Assembly (NCBI RefSeq): GCF_004010195.1
Contig: NC_057719.1
Coordinates: 44,191,781 to 44,239,707, forward strand
DNA from: Chiloscyllium plagiosum
Lineage: Eukaryota
DNA: 47,927 nt
Direction of reading: 5' to 3'
Below the pieces are notes generated by a model. It saw nothing but the letters and a program-made list of their open reading frames with translations. It did not search any database and had not been told where the DNA came from. A program made the translations under genes and the position numbers. Below are positions 35,511 through 47,927 of the stretch, piece by piece. Each line of letters starts with the position of its first letter. Position 1 is the stretch's first letter.

Positions 35511-36288
35511 CAATAATAAGAGGTATTTTAGAAGTCCTTATGAGTGTCTTTAAGGTGTTAAGTCTTAACATGAGACAACAGTTATTTAATTTATGTCTTG
35601 TATCCTAAGCAGAAACTTGCAGATACACAGAATTGTAGAAGGAGGCTATTCACTCCATTGTGTCTGCACCAGCTCATTATATGAGCATCATTACCTAGAA
35701 TCAAACTCCTGCTTTTTCCCCACTAAACCCTCCCAGAAGTTTGTCAGTACTAGAATATTTCACTCAGTGACTGCACTATCTCTGAGCCCATATCCTTTGA
35801 AACTCTTAATAGGTCACTTGTTTGTATTTAGTCCCAATAGGTTGTCAAGTACTTTGTCCCTTGTTATACAAACTGTTACAAGATCTTTCCTCCAATTTGC
35901 ACCTTGCTTACCTGTTATCTTGAGGTGTTTATTGTGTCTTCCACTGTGAAGATTAGTTTAAATCATCTGTCATTTCCCAGTTTTCCATTATTAATACCCC
36001 AGTTTTCATCCAAGGGTGCCATATTTAATTTAGCTACTTGTTATTTTTATATTGCCATATAAGTGCTTTTTGTTTGTTTTTATATGGCTTGACAATTTAC
36101 TTTCATAATCAATTGTCTCCCTTATCAGCTTTTTAGTCATATGCTGTTGGTTCCAAAAACAACCCAATCCTCTGGATCTAAATAATTATAATTGGATTTA
36201 ACTCTGAAATACTAGGAATAAGGGAAATCAGGGCCACATAATAAAGTAATTCAAAGTAGTGTTAATAGAAGGGTAATTTTAATATATG

Positions 36289-36516
36289 CTGAAAATGTGT
36301 TGCTGGAAAAGCGCAGCAGGTCAGGCAGCATCCAAGGAGCAGGAGAATCGACGTTTCGGGCATGAGCCCTTCAGGAATCAGGAATTCCTGAAGAAGGGTT
36401 CATGCCCGAAACGTCGATTCTCCTGCTCCTTGGATGCTGCCTGACCTGCTGCGCTTTTCCAGCAACACATTTTCAGCTCTGATCTACAGCATCTGCAGTC
36501 TTCACTTTCTCCTTGA
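36289..36516. mobile_element. Penelope-derived palindromic short element (family A), 15-bp TSD
   Basis: ~85-bp arms almost perfectly complementary; taattttaatatatg at 36274 and 36517. Confidence 0.9.
36382..36420 (+). ncRNA. Minimal hammerhead motif (family A)
   Basis: gaattc-CTGAAGA-a-GGGT-tcat-GCCC-GAAA-CG-TC-gattc; stem I pairs with one bulge. Confidence 0.55.
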
Positions 36517-36659
36517 TAATTTTAATATATGGCAGTGCAACTTGGTTGAATGAAAGATGCCACCTCTCATATGTGAGAAGTCATACACCCTACTGGTCTC
36601 CTAGATAACCACACCTGAAGTAAGTGTTTTCAGCTGCTAAAACCTGAGCTCCGGGTTTT

Positions 36660-36865
36660 CATAAGACCATTAGGAATAGGAATGGGAGTAGGCTGTTTGG
36701 CCCCTCAAATTGGATCTTGACAGATCCGACATTCCTGACATCAACTTTCTCGCACTTTCTCCGTAACCTTTGATCCCTCTACTGAACCAGAATCTACCTA
36801 TTTCAGCCTTAAATATACACAAGGACACTGCTCCCATTACTCTCTGCTACAAGGGTTCCAAAGAT
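36660..36865 (-). mobile_element. Degenerate CR1 3' end
   Basis: cataagaccattagga..ggagtaggc..ttggcccctc reverse-tail pattern. Confidence 0.55.
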
Positions 36866-36890
36866 GCATGCATTGGCTAGGATAAACTTG

Positions 36891-38468
36891 GAGAAAGTGA
36901 GGACTGCAGATGCTGGAGATCAGAGCTTAAAAATGTGTTGCTGGAAAAGCGCAGCATGTCAGGCAGCATCAAAGGAGAAGGAAAATCGACGAATTGGGCA
37001 TAAGCCCTTCTTCAAGAATGAGGAGGGTGTGCCAAGCAGGCTAAGATAAATGGTAGGGAGGAGGGACTTGGGGGAGGGGCGTTGGGAATGCAATAGGTGG
37101 AAGGAGGTTAAGGTGAGGGTGATAGGCNNNNNNNNNNNNNNNNNNNNNNNNNNNNNNNNNNNNNNNNNNNNNNNNNNNNNNNNNNNNNNNNNNNNNNNNN
37201 NNNNNNNNNNNNNNNNNNNNNNNNNNNNNNNNNNNNNNNNNNNNNNNNNNNNNNNNNNNNNNNNNNNNNNNNNNNNNNNNNNNNNNNNNNNNNNNNNNNN
37301 NNNNNNNNNNNNNNNNNNNNNNNNNNNNNNNNNNNNNNNNNNNNNNNNNNNNNNNNNNNNNNNNNNNNNNNNNNNNNNNNNNNNNNNNNNNNNNNNNNNN
37401 NNNNNNNNNNNNNNNNNNNNNNNNNNNNNNNNNNNNNNNNNNNNNNNNNNNNNNNNNNNNNNNNNNNNNNNNNNNNNNNNNNNNNNNNNNNNNNNNNNNN
37501 NNNNNNNNNNNNNNNNNNNNNNNNNNNNNNNNNNNNNNNNNNNNNNNNNNNNNNNNNNNNNNNNNNNNNNNNNNNNNNNNNNNNNNNNNNNNNNNNNNNN
37601 NNNNNNNNNNNNNNNNNNNNNNNNNNNNNNNNNNNNNNNNNNNNNNNNNNNNNNNNNNNNNNNNNNNNNNNNNNNNNNNNNNNNNNNNNNNNNNNNNNNN
37701 NNNNNNNNNNNNNNNNNNNNNNNNNNNNNNNNNNNNNNNNNNNNNNNNNNNNNNNNNNNNNNNNNNNNNNNNNNNNNNNNNNNNNNNNNNNNNNNNNNNN
37801 NNNNNNNNNNNNNNNNNNNNNCACTTCCCTCCAAGGCCACAAGGGATCCTTCAATATCCGTCAGAAATTCACCTGCACATCCACACACATCATTTACTGC
37901 ATCCGCTGCACTCGATGTGGCCTCCTATACATTGGGGAGACAGGCCGCCCACTTGTGGAACGTTTCAGAGAACACATCTGGGACACCCGCACCAACCAAC
38001 CCAACTGCCCCGTGTCTGAACACTTTAACTCCCCCTCCCACTCCGCCAGGTTCTTGGCCTCCTCCATCGCCAGACCATGGCAACACGATGCCTGGAGGAA
38101 GAGTGCCTCATCTTCCGCCTAGGAACCCTCCAACCACAAGGGATGAATGCAGATTTCTCCACCAGCTTCCTCATTTCCCACCCCCCCAACGTTTCTCAGT
38201 CCCAACCCTCAGACTCAGCACCGCCTTCTTGACCTGCAATCTTCTCTCCGCCCCCACGCCCTCTCCAGCCTATCATCCTCACCTTAACCTCCTTCCACCT
38301 ATCGCATTCCCAACGCCCCTCCTCCAAGTCCCTCCTCCCTACCTTTTATCTTAGCCTGCTTGGCACACCCTCCTCATTCCTGAAGAAGGGCTTATGCCCG
38401 AAACGTCGATTCTCCTTCTCCTTTGATGCTGCCTGACCTGCTGCACTTTTCCAGCGACACATTTTTAA
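36891..38468 (+). mobile_element. Penelope-like element (family A parent type) with inverted 5' terminal repeat, GIY-YIG 3' region and 15-bp TSD
   Basis: FTCTSTHIIYCIRCTRCGLLYIGETGR.L.ERF.EH (37870-37980); 36925-37127 is the reverse complement of the 3' end; gctaggataaacttg at 36876 and 38469; hammerhead core at 38380-38407. Confidence 0.9.
37128..37821. other. Assembly gap (N run)
   Basis: 694 N bases. Confidence 1.
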
Positions 38469-39484
38469 GCTAGGATAAACTTGTCAAGGATACTTAAGGG
38501 GTTGATGGTGGATAGGCAATGGCAGACATTTAAAGAACACATGGATGAATTTCAGTAATTGTACCTTCTTCTCTGGCATAAGATTGAAATAAGGAAAGTG
38601 GCTCAACCATGGCTCACAAGGGAAATCAAGAATAGGTTAAGCAAAGGTTTAAGCCAACAGGGTTAAGCCAAAGAGGAGGCATAGAAATTGGCCAGAAAAA
38701 GCAGCAAATGCAAGGACTAGAAGAAATTTAAAATTCAGCAGAGGAGGACAAAGGGTTTAATTTGGAAAGGAAAAATAGAATATGAAAGTAAGCTTGTGGA
38801 AAATTTAAAAACTGACTGCAGAAGCTTCCACACGTATGTGAAAAGAGAAAGGCTGGTAAAGACAAATATAGGTCCCTTGCTGTTAGAATCAGGTGAATTT
38901 ATAAAGGACAACAAAAAGATGGCAGACCAGTTGAACAAATACTTTGGATGTGTCTTCACTAAGGAGACACAAATAATCTTCAGGCAATGCCAAGTGATGG
39001 AGGATCAAGCATGAAGGAGGAACTGAAGGAAATCCCTATTAGTCAGAAAATGATATTGGGCAAATTGATGGGATTAAAACCTAATAAGTCCTCAGTGCCT
39101 AATGCTCTGCATCCCAGAGTACTTAAGGAAGTGGTCTTAGGAACAGTGGATGCATTAGTAATCACTTTCCAGCATTCTGTAGATTCTGGAAGAGCTCCAA
39201 TGGATTGGATGGTAGCTAATATAACTCCCCTCTGTAAAACACGGAGAGAGAAAATGGGGAAATGTAGGCTGGTTAGCTGATATTAGTAGTGAGAAAAATG
39301 CTGGAGTCAGTCATTAAGGATGTCATAACTGAGCATTTGGAAAGTGGTGACAAAATTGTTACTTGTCAGCATGGACTCACGAAAGGGAAATTATGCTTGA
39401 AAAATCTTCTGGACCTTTTTGGGGATGGGACCAGTCGATTGATAATGGTAAATCAGTAGATGTTGTGTATCTGGATTTTCAAAA

Positions 39485-39694
39485 TTTGGAGATGCAGGTG
39501 TTGGACTGGGGTGTACAAAGTTAAAAATCACACAACACCAGGTTATAGTCCAACAGGTTTAATTGGAAGCACACTAGCTTTCGGAGCGCCGCTCCTTTAT
39601 CACAACCACCTGATGAAGGAGCGGCGCTCTGAAAGCTAGCGTGCTTCCAATTAAACCTGTTGGACTATAACCTGGTGTTGTGTGATTTTTAACT
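39485..39694. mobile_element. Penelope-derived palindromic short element (family B), 13-bp TSD; hammerhead core 39607-39641 (+)
   Basis: Arms aagttaaaaatcacacaacaccagg / cctggtgttgtgtgatttttaactt match the terminus at 3822-3945; tggattttcaaaa at 39472 and 39695. Confidence 0.9.
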
Positions 39695-39798
39695 TGGATT
39701 TTCAAAAGACTTTTGACCAGGTTCCACACAAGAGATTTATAAGGAAAATTTAAGCTTATAGTATTGGATATAATGTATTGACATGAATAGAGCACTGA

Positions 39799-40025
39799 TT
39801 GCCATGATGTTGAGGTGCTGATGTTGGACTGGGGTAGACAAAGTTAAAAATCACACAAGACCAGGTTATAGTCCAACAGGTTTATTTGGAAGTACAATCT
39901 TCCAGAGTGCTGCTCCTTTGTCAGGTAGCTAGTGCAGCATGATCCAATGATGAAGGAACAGCACTCTGAAAGCTTGTACTTTCAAATAAACCTGTTGGAC
40001 TATAACCTGGTGTTGTGTGATTTTT
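39799..40025. mobile_element. Older palindromic short element (family B)
   Basis: Same arms, more diverged; aatagag(c/a)actga at 39786 and 40026. Confidence 0.82.
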
Positions 40026-41090
40026 AATAGAGAACTGAGTTGGTAGGCAGGAAGCAGAGTATTGGAATAAAGGGGTCCTTTTTAGAGTGGCGGGCAGTGA
40101 CGAGCGGAGCGCCATAGGGTTCAGTGCTGGGACCTCAGCTGTTCACATTATACATTAACAATTTGGATAAAGGAGTTGATTGCCATATCTCCAAATTTGA
40201 AATTACACTAAGCTGTATGGCAGTATGTGCTGTGAGGAGGACGCTAAGAGGTTGCAGGGTGACTTGAACAGACTGGCTGAGTGGGCAAATACTTGGCAAA
40301 TGCAATATAATGTGAATAAATGTGAGGTTATCCACTTTGGTCACAAACACAGGAAGGCAGATTATTATCTGAATGATGGCAGTTTAGGAAAAGGTGGGGT
40401 GCAATGAGACCTGAGTGTCATGGTGGAACAGTCGCTGAAGGTTGGCTTGCAGGTGCAGCAGACATTAAGGAAAGCTCAATGTGAGCTTTCTCCTTCATTG
40501 TGAGGGGATTTGAATATCAGAGTAAGGATATCTTGCTGCAGTTATACAGGGATTTGGTGAGGCCACACCTTCAGTATTGGTCTTCTAGTCTGAGGAAGGA
40601 CATTTTTGTTATTGAGAGAGTCCATTGAAGGTTTACCAGACTGATTCCTGGGATGGCAGGATTGACATAAAAGGAAAGACCGGATCAACTGGGCTTGTAT
40701 TCACTGGAATTCATAAAAATAAGGGGGGGATCTCATAGAAACATAAAATCCTGATGGGATTGGAAGGAAGTTCCCAATGTTGGGGAAGTCCAGAACTAGG
40801 GAATCACCATCTAAGAATAAGGGGTAAGCCATTCAGGACTGAGATAAAGAAGAATTTTTTTACTCAAAGTTGTGAACCTGTGGAATTCTCTCCCACAGGA
40901 AGCTGTTGGAACCAGTTCATTAGATACATTCACAAGGGAGCTGGATGTGGCCTTTGTGGCTAAATCCATCAAGAGGTGTGGGACCAAGGTGGGAATGGGA
41001 TACTGAGATTGCATGATCAGTCATGATCGCATTGAATGGTGGTGCAGGTTTGAAGGGCCGAATGGCCTACTCCTGCATCTATTTTCTATG

Positions 41091-41920
41091 CACAACCCTC
41101 CCAGAGAAGAAATTCCTTAAATTGGTGAGCCTCTATTCTGAAACTATGCCCCCTAGTCCTAGGCTCTCTGAAGAGGGGAAACATCCTATCAGCATTTACC
41201 TTGCTAAGCCCCCTAAGAATTCTATATGCTTCAATTAGATCATCTCTCATTCTTCTAAGCTCCAGTGAGTTAAGTTCCAACCTGTTTATTCTTTGCTCAT
41301 AAGTCATCCCTCCATAGGAGAGATCATCCTTATGATCTTCTCTGAACTCCCTCCAATGGAATAAAATCTTTCCTTAATTAAGGGGACCAAAACTGCACAC
41401 AGATTAGGTTTCACCAGCATCTTGTACTGCTGCATTAAGATTTCCCTACTCTTATACTCCAACCCCCTTGAAATAAGGGCCAACATCCCAATAGCTTTTC
41501 TGATTACCTGCTGCATCTGTGAGCTAGTTTTCTATGTTTCATGTACAAGTATCCCCAAGCCTCTTTTTGTTGCAGCTTTGTGCACTTTTGTCCTTTAAAT
41601 AATATCCTGTTCTTTTGTTTTCCTTTCCAAAAACTCTCCATTTGACAAATAATTTTTCCACTTACTTAATCTATCAATATCTCTCTGTAAAATGTTTGTA
41701 TCCTTCACAACTGCCTCTCCACCTATTTTTGTCATCTGCAATTCTGGCTACAGTACATTCACTTCCTTCCAAGTCATTAATATATATTGCAAACAGTTGC
41801 GATCGCAGCACTGACTCTTATAGAAGCTCACTGTTATGGGTCACCATCATGAGAAAGAACCCTTATCTCCAGACACTGTTTCCTGTCCATGAACCTAGTC
41901 TCTAATAATGACAATATACA
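41091..41920 (-). mobile_element. CR1 ORF2 C-terminal fragment
   Basis: QVIRKAIGMLALISRGLEYKSRE, LNSLELRRMRDDLIEAYRIL..RTRGHS. Confidence 0.82.
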
Positions 41921-42518
41921 TGCCGACTGTGGAGTTAAAGAATGATCTCAGAGCTTGGATGCAGTGACTGCATTGGCAGCAGCAAATGGGCCCAGCGCGG
42001 ACTCATGCCAGCAGCTTTGGAGGCAAATTTGTGTTCCTGGCAGCTTCTTCATTGACGAGGCAATCCTAGCATCAACTCATGGCTGCTGTGGCGGAGGCAA
42101 GTTTGGGTTCCTGGCAGTGTCTGTGTCCAGTGCAGATTCATGGAGGTGGAGGTGAGTTTGGAGTACAAGAGGAGTGCAAGACCTGGTGGTATCGGCAGTA
42201 GCTGGATGGGCCCGAAGCAGACTCATAGCAGTGGTGAGTTTGGGCCAGTGTATTGCTGAAATCCCATAAGGACTTATAGTAGTGAGGGTGTAAAGGAGGC
42301 AAGATGGTGCCAAAGAGTGGCAATTTTCATTCCAGCGGCAGCGGCATGGCAAAGGGAAACAACAGGAGGTGCAAAATTGGTGGGGGCACAAAGTATACTG
42401 CTGAATTCTGTGATATCCACTTAATACTGAAGTGTTTTGAAAAGGCACGTGGTAAGGTGGGGCAAAAACCAAAGGTGAGAGAAACTACAGGAGCATGGTA
42501 GGTAATTAATGAGGTTAG

Positions 42519-42610
42519 AGTTGAGAGTGTGGTGCTGGAAAAGCACAGCAGTTGAGGCAGCATCCAAGGAGCAGGAGAATCGATATTTCAGGCAAAAGCC
42601 CTTCATCAGG
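42519..42610 (-). mobile_element. Single-arm family A Penelope terminal fragment, 15-bp TSD
   Basis: gagagtgtggtgctggaaaagcacagcag...cttcatcagg; aattaatgaggttag at 42504 and 42611. Confidence 0.8.
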
Positions 42611-44224
42611 AATTAATGAGGTTAGTTTGCTAAGATCTGGGAAGAGAACATGTTAGGCCTTCCCCTCCAAAACTCTCTGCAACTCATACTTAGTCAAAAA
42701 ATAACCATAAGATTCAGCTCAAAGTATGCTATAGGTACATCAATAGTAAAAAGCTGTTGAATGCGGAGTAGGAATGAATAGCAAGAGGGCAAGGAAACCT
42801 CAACGATAGGGGATCTCCCTACTACTGCAATTTTAATCCTCCATCAGGTCCGTTGAGGACTTGTTTTGGCATTGTTTGGTTCCTCCACTTTGACTTTACA
42901 ATTATGATCACCTTACCAGAAGTTGAAAACTCCTGACAGCATCGTTCTCAGGATCGACGGAACACTTAAACTTCTCCATCCCAGCAAGATGGCAATCATG
43001 GAAAAGGGTGATCAAAGGAAATTTAATAAGGAGTTGATTTATAGCTGAAAAGAAAGTTCAATACTTTGGGAGGAGAGAGAAAGGCACTGAGTGAATTGTT
43101 CCTTCAAAGAGCCAACACTGACATAATGGGTTAAATGGCCTCCTTCTATGCTGTGACTATTGTGATTCTACAGTAATACATAATCAAATTTTCAAAAGTT
43201 AAAGCCTACAAAAAATTGAATTTACAGCTTTGCTATCAAATCTTAATTTCAAAGCATAACATTTTCCAGGGAGTGCCAATAAAATCAAATGCCCCCTTAT
43301 TATATCACATTTTGTGCCAGCTAACTTAATTACTCTATCTTTAAGTTAGTATTCCTACAACGTGCTTCCTAAGTTAGATAAGGTTGCCAGGTCCTTTCCT
43401 AGTACAAAGGAAGGAAAAGTGATGTCTGATTCTAAGAGATGCCAATTTATCCGTTCAGTGTCTTCTTCCTGTTATCTGGAATACTTTGACCAGAACTGAG
43501 TAAAAATGTTAAACAATTCCATGGGTAGAATTACACCAGATATACTGGCAAAATAACACAAACTTTCAGAGGTAGCACGCAAAAGAAACTCATCCATGTC
43601 ATAACTGCATTAGGGATACCTTAAAGCAAATAATTAATCAAGGTAGGTTTGGGACTGGAATGAAGAGCTTAAATGGGATGAAGTGGGATTCTGGCAAGGT
43701 TTAATTAAAAATTGACATGTTTGGGGTGGGAGGTTTTGAGAGGTGAATTTTATTTTATGCCATAGATTTGTGATGGCACCCTAAATAATACATTTTATCT
43801 TTTTGATTCTCAAAATGAGTGCAAATTCCAAAACAACTATCAGTACCTCTAACATTATAACAATATTTTTCATCAGATACAGTAAACAACCAGTTTTTGA
43901 AATTAAACTACAAGCGTACAAGTTGTGGAGGGTACTTAAAGAAGAATATGCATGTCCCAAATTATGTTTCTCCAACAATCTGCAAATTTCCATTTAATTT
44001 TAACCTTGATGAATTATAAATTCCACTGCATGACTGAGCCTCATATTTGGACTGATCCATACTTTGTCAGCTAGGTGGCTGGAGTCACAACACATCTGTT
44101 ATTCCCTGATGGGAGGGGAAAAAGGTGGAAAAGGAGTAGGGTTCCTTTTATCAGGAAGAGTACTTTTCTAGATCTTGAGTAAATATGGACCTGAACAGCT
44201 GTCCATCAAACAAATGAAACAAAA

Positions 44225-44410
44225 GACAACTTGCATTTATACTGTGCATTTCATGTCCACAGGGTAACTGCACCCATAATCAATGAAATATCTTTGAAGC
44301 GTGATCCATGCTGTTTTGTTATGAAATAAAATAGGCAATTTGTGCACAGTATGACCTCTCAACAGTATTAAGATAAATGGTCTGATTATTTGTTTTAGTG
44401 ATGTTGGGTC
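44225..44410 (-). mobile_element. Ancient DeuSINE (AmnSINE1/SacSINE1-like) relic
   Basis: acaacttgcatttata...caatgaa.ta..tttgaag.gt...caatttgtgcacag...tgttttagtgatgttgg resembles the reverse Deu-domain consensus as I recall it. Confidence 0.6.
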
Positions 44411-44708
44411 AACTTCTACATTGATAGTGAAGTTTCACCACTGGAGCCAAAAGTGAGAGTCAACATCACTTCAGTGGGTTGCAGGAACCTGAAATAAGGT
44501 ATCACTGTTCCTACAGCTCTTCCTCAATTCAGCACAGAACTGTGATTCAAGGTGCACTCAATCATCTGATGCAGATTCCAAAACTCATTGTCTGAGCTTG
44601 CTCGTAAAGAATTAAAGTTTGAACAATGTACAATGCATAACTTAATACACTGCTTCATTTGGAGATTGGGAAGAAGCTGCAGAAATAAGGAAAGGAAATA
44701 AATCTTAC

Positions 44709-44767
44709 CTTGCCACCTATCATAACAGTTCTTTGAACAAAATTCTTGTTCGGTTCTTTTTTAATTC
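44709..44767 (-). CDS. PYGL: Glycogen phosphorylase exon 15 (59 bp)
   Basis: tatgtaag| (R)IKKEPNKNFVQRTVMIGGK |gtaag. Confidence 0.92.
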
Positions 44768-45865
44768 CTTACATAAAATGTAAATCAATGTTAACAATGT
44801 AAATAGAGAAAAACGTCACTGTTACATTTAAGAACTTGTACATGATTGTATTAGTTATATAGTCATAGTTACCAAACCAGGTTTTACAAGTCTTGGAAAA
44901 TAACATTATTCATATTTTAAAACCATTGCATACACATGTTGGTTAGAGGCTGCTCACACATAAAGACAATAGCTGTGAACTGGGGTTACTTGAGCCCTAG
45001 CTACTGGCTTGAGATATTTTGAGCTGGTTCAGCTCTGAGGGATGACTCAGCTCATTTGGTGGAAGACTAATGAGGGTAATCCAAAAGGTGTCCTTGCAGT
45101 GAGCCTATAGAGGAAAGATACCAGTCTCAGATGAGCTGAGAACCATCAGGAATAAGATGCCACAGTTCAGGAAGATAAGGAAAAAGGATAAAAATGAAGA
45201 ATTTTGGCATGCCATCAGCAAAAACTCTGGAAAGCAACGTTCGCAAAGTGTGGAGAGGACACCCAGACCTAGGAGAAAAACATCTGGCCAGCATAATCTG
45301 CTATTCTTGGGTATTAGCTTTTATTTTTGTTGACTGTTCCAGGAATATCAAACTTTGTGGGTTGTGCTTTTGAATTTTAGCCTTGTTTGAATTGCATGCC
45401 TGCTGTTAACTTTCTCCTAACCAAATAGTGTGAATTGCACGTCTGTTTTAACGAAACTAATAAATGTGATACAGACTCGACTCTTGTCTTCCTTATGCCA
45501 AGTCAATAATTGTTGCCGAGGGCGGTAACTGGGCAACACATCAATATGGTAAACAATCCACTTCTGGTGCATTTCAATTGTGTGATTTAGGTCAGAGGTT
45601 GAAATGTTCTGCACCTTTTTCATGTCTGAATATTATGGGGAAATTGGATTACATTTCACTACTACAGGATTAAGAGAACCATTCAAATTTGACTTTCCTA
45701 TAGTGTGTGGAAGGTACATAAATTCAGGAAGATATTGACTTCACAATTACATGGAACAAGGGTACTTCCAAGCATGAACGACCCTCTAAGAGCTATTAAG
45801 AGCCGAAACCACAACTAAAGTTTCAACAATAAAGACATAAATTTGGCTAATAAATTAGGACTTAC

Positions 45866-46013
45866 GGTTGTACATAACAATAACATAAAGGCAGTTCATC
45901 AACTGCCTTTTATATTCATGGATTCGCTTCACATGCACATCAAACATGGAAGATACATTGATCTGGATTCCATAGTCCTTTTCTAGTAGAGAAGCAAGCT
46001 TGACTTTATTCCC
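45866..46013 (-). CDS. PYGL: Glycogen phosphorylase exon 14 (148 bp)
   Basis: tcaacag| [49 protein letters not shown](R) |gtaag; KRIHEYKRQ catalytic-site motif. Confidence 0.95.
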
Positions 46014-46109
46014 CTGTTGACACAGTATGGAAAGTAAAATTATTTCTGTTTATGCAGTTTTTTAAAAATTGTGCAAAACAAAGAATTTATAACATTAAAA
46101 ATACTATAC

Positions 46110-46211
46110 CTGTTTTACTGAAGCAAGGTCACGAATGAACTGATCATTATTCACATAGGCATGTAACTTCTGCAACTGGCTCAGATCCTTAATATAGTCC
46201 CCTCCTATTTT
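46110..46211 (-). CDS. PYGL: Glycogen phosphorylase exon 13 (102 bp)
   Basis: catacag| [34 protein letters not shown] |gtatag; DY.KDLSQL.KLH is closest to the liver isoform. Confidence 0.92.
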
Positions 46212-46759
46212 CTGTATGATATTAAAGCTGGTTACTAAGTTGCTTCTAAGTTTATAATACATTCATATATTCTATACATTCCTAAAAAGACACAATACAA
46301 TTCATTCAAGCAGTTCCTTTGCTTTAAAATATGCTATTATGAGGTAGTGTTATAAACAAAAGTTTAAGTTTATGAATTTAATTAATTAGGCTGGAAAGTG
46401 ATCTTAATATGGACAGCTTTTTTTTTAAACTGCATAGACATGACAAGCTGAATTGCCATCTTCTGTGCCATAAATTTCTAAGATTGCATAACCTTTCATT
46501 TGAAGACTTCCTATTGATTCTTGTCATGCTCTACCTTTTGCATATGACTGTACAAAAATTGAGTTGGGTGGAAGGAAAAGAAGTTGGCTGTGGGGAGGGA
46601 AGAGACTAACCTACTGCCACTGACCTTTCAAAATTAGTTCAAGGAATAATCTTCTTTGAGGGTATGTGCAATGCTGTAAGAAGTGGTGTTTTGTATGTTT
46701 CAACTGTGTTTGCTATAAAGATGGCCACCAAGTATTTTTATACAAGGAGTACTTTGTTA

Positions 46760-47112
46760 ATGGACAGGTAGTTCAGAGGTCTTGACTAATGATGTGAAGG
46801 TAATAACGATGTGAAGATGTAAGCTCAAGTCCTACCACAGAACCTGGAGAATTAAAATTCAGTTAACGGAATTAATCTTGAATAAAAAAAACTAGATCCA
46901 GTAATAATGACTACATACCTATCATGATGTTGTATTAACACTACTAGTTCACAGACATTCAATTTGGAAGGAAATCTCACATCCCTTGTCAGCCTGCATG
47001 TAAATGTGACTCCAGTAATGTGATTGACTCTTAACTAAGCTCTGAAAATGCCTTGCAAGCCACTCAAGATGGCAACTGCCAGCAACCTACATCCCATGAA
47101 TGGTGAAAAAAA
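46760..47112 (+). mobile_element. Old tRNA-like SINE relic
   Basis: Degenerate B box (agctcaagtcc), body shared with 28150-28275, 3' catcccatgaat plus A-run. Confidence 0.5.
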
Positions 47113-47698
47113 AATCTTGTTCTCATTCAGTCCTTAGGTTTCTACTGCCAAGTTCAATCTAAAAGATTGCTAAGTGCCACCAGCTGCTTAACTAGAATCA
47201 ATTTGAAACATGTTTATGAAATTAAAAAAGATTCACTGACAATTGAAAAGTTAAATTGCAAAGTATAGAGGGTTAGAAACTATTGAGCTCTGGTTTTTGG
47301 GTGTAGAATTTATGATTTGCAACCTATCCACATTGATTTTAAATTAAAAGGGTAGCAGATAAAACCAATGCAGCCACTTCAATTTCATGAATCGTTGCCA
47401 AGCTGCATTCCTCCCTGTAGCATTGTTGGATGCTACTGAACATTCCAAGGCAGTCTTCCCCCCCACCATGAAGCAGCATTACACCAGCTATGCTGTAGTC
47501 ACTGCTGTAGCACTGCATCATGGCAGTGGATTATGCATTAGACCATGCCCTCAAGTCATGCATTAAGGAGATGGACATGGGTGATTAATTTTTACTTTAT
47601 TGCTGATGTGACACCTGAATAAAGTTTTTGAGTGAAGGCTTTTTCTATTAACCTTTATAACAGGGGAAGGGGTCATCAGCTAGTGTAAAAATCAACTA

Positions 47699-47927
47699 GG
47701 AGAAAGTGAGGACTGCAGATGCTGGAGATCAGAGCTGAAAAATGTGTTGCTGGAAAAGCGCAGCAGGTCAGGCAGCATCCAAGGAGTAAGAGAATCGACG
47801 TTTCGGGCATAAGCCCTTCTTCAGGAATGAGGAGGGTGTGCTAAGCAGGCTGAGATAAAAGGTAGGGAGGAGGGACTTGGGGGAGGGGCGTTGGGAATGC
47901 GATAGGTGGAAGGAGGTTAAGGTGAGG
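47699..47927 (-). mobile_element. Family A Penelope terminal repeat running off the window; hammerhead core 47797-47824 (-)
   Basis: Nearly identical to 36891-37127; minus strand CTGAAGA-a-GGGC-ttat-GCCC-GAAACGTC. Confidence 0.88.

Larger units (their letters stand above)
38490..41090 (+). mobile_element. CR1 LINE ORF2 (RT) fragment with 3' tail, degenerate, with two nested insertions
   Basis: LNKYFGCVFT, LHPRVLKE, DWMVANITPL, VDVVYLDFQK, GSVLGP.LF..YIN.L, LQGDLNRLAEWA..WQMQYNVNKC, 3' tail. Confidence 0.9.

Noticed and set aside
36959..38354. Long ORFs of 248-434 aa in the ORF track (also 18416-19045)
   Set aside because: They run through N gaps; the length is an artefact.
44768..44772. Exon 15 acceptor reads GTAAG, like a donor site
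   Set aside because: It is still a valid AG acceptor giving the conserved 59-bp exon; nothing suggests unusual splicing.

Overview
Vertebrate genomic DNA, almost certainly a shark/elasmobranch (inferred from HE1-like V-SINEs, CR1-group LINE tails and dense Penelope elements), not prokaryotic. Two convergent host genes are visible. On the minus strand are the last eight coding exons (13-20 by human numbering, 46211 to 15344) of a glycogen phosphorylase most like PYGL, with GT-AG sites, consistent phases, the PLP-lysine motif and a poly(A) signal. On the plus strand are two exons (2952-3071, 3224-3254) of an ABHD12-family hydrolase most like ABHD12B; I could not find its downstream catalytic exons before the phosphorylase 3' end. 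Much of the rest is transposon debris: CR1/L2/Rex1 LINEs, V-SINEs, a DeuSINE relic, a Gmr1-like (PR-IN-RT order) Gypsy element, and at least three Penelope-like families. Highlights: (i) about ten short, mostly palindromic Penelope-derived insertions, most with 13-15 bp target duplications, and three different minimal hammerhead-ribozyme motifs; (ii) a 162-bp, ~99% identical inverted repeat bracketing PYGL exon 19; (iii) an apparently truncated ABHD12B; (iv) a phase-compatible exon-like ORF in PYGL intron 15; (v) a base-resolved 5' inversion in a Penelope element. Two assembly gaps (18510-18803, 37128-37821) limit interpretation. All calls were made by eye; no searches were run.
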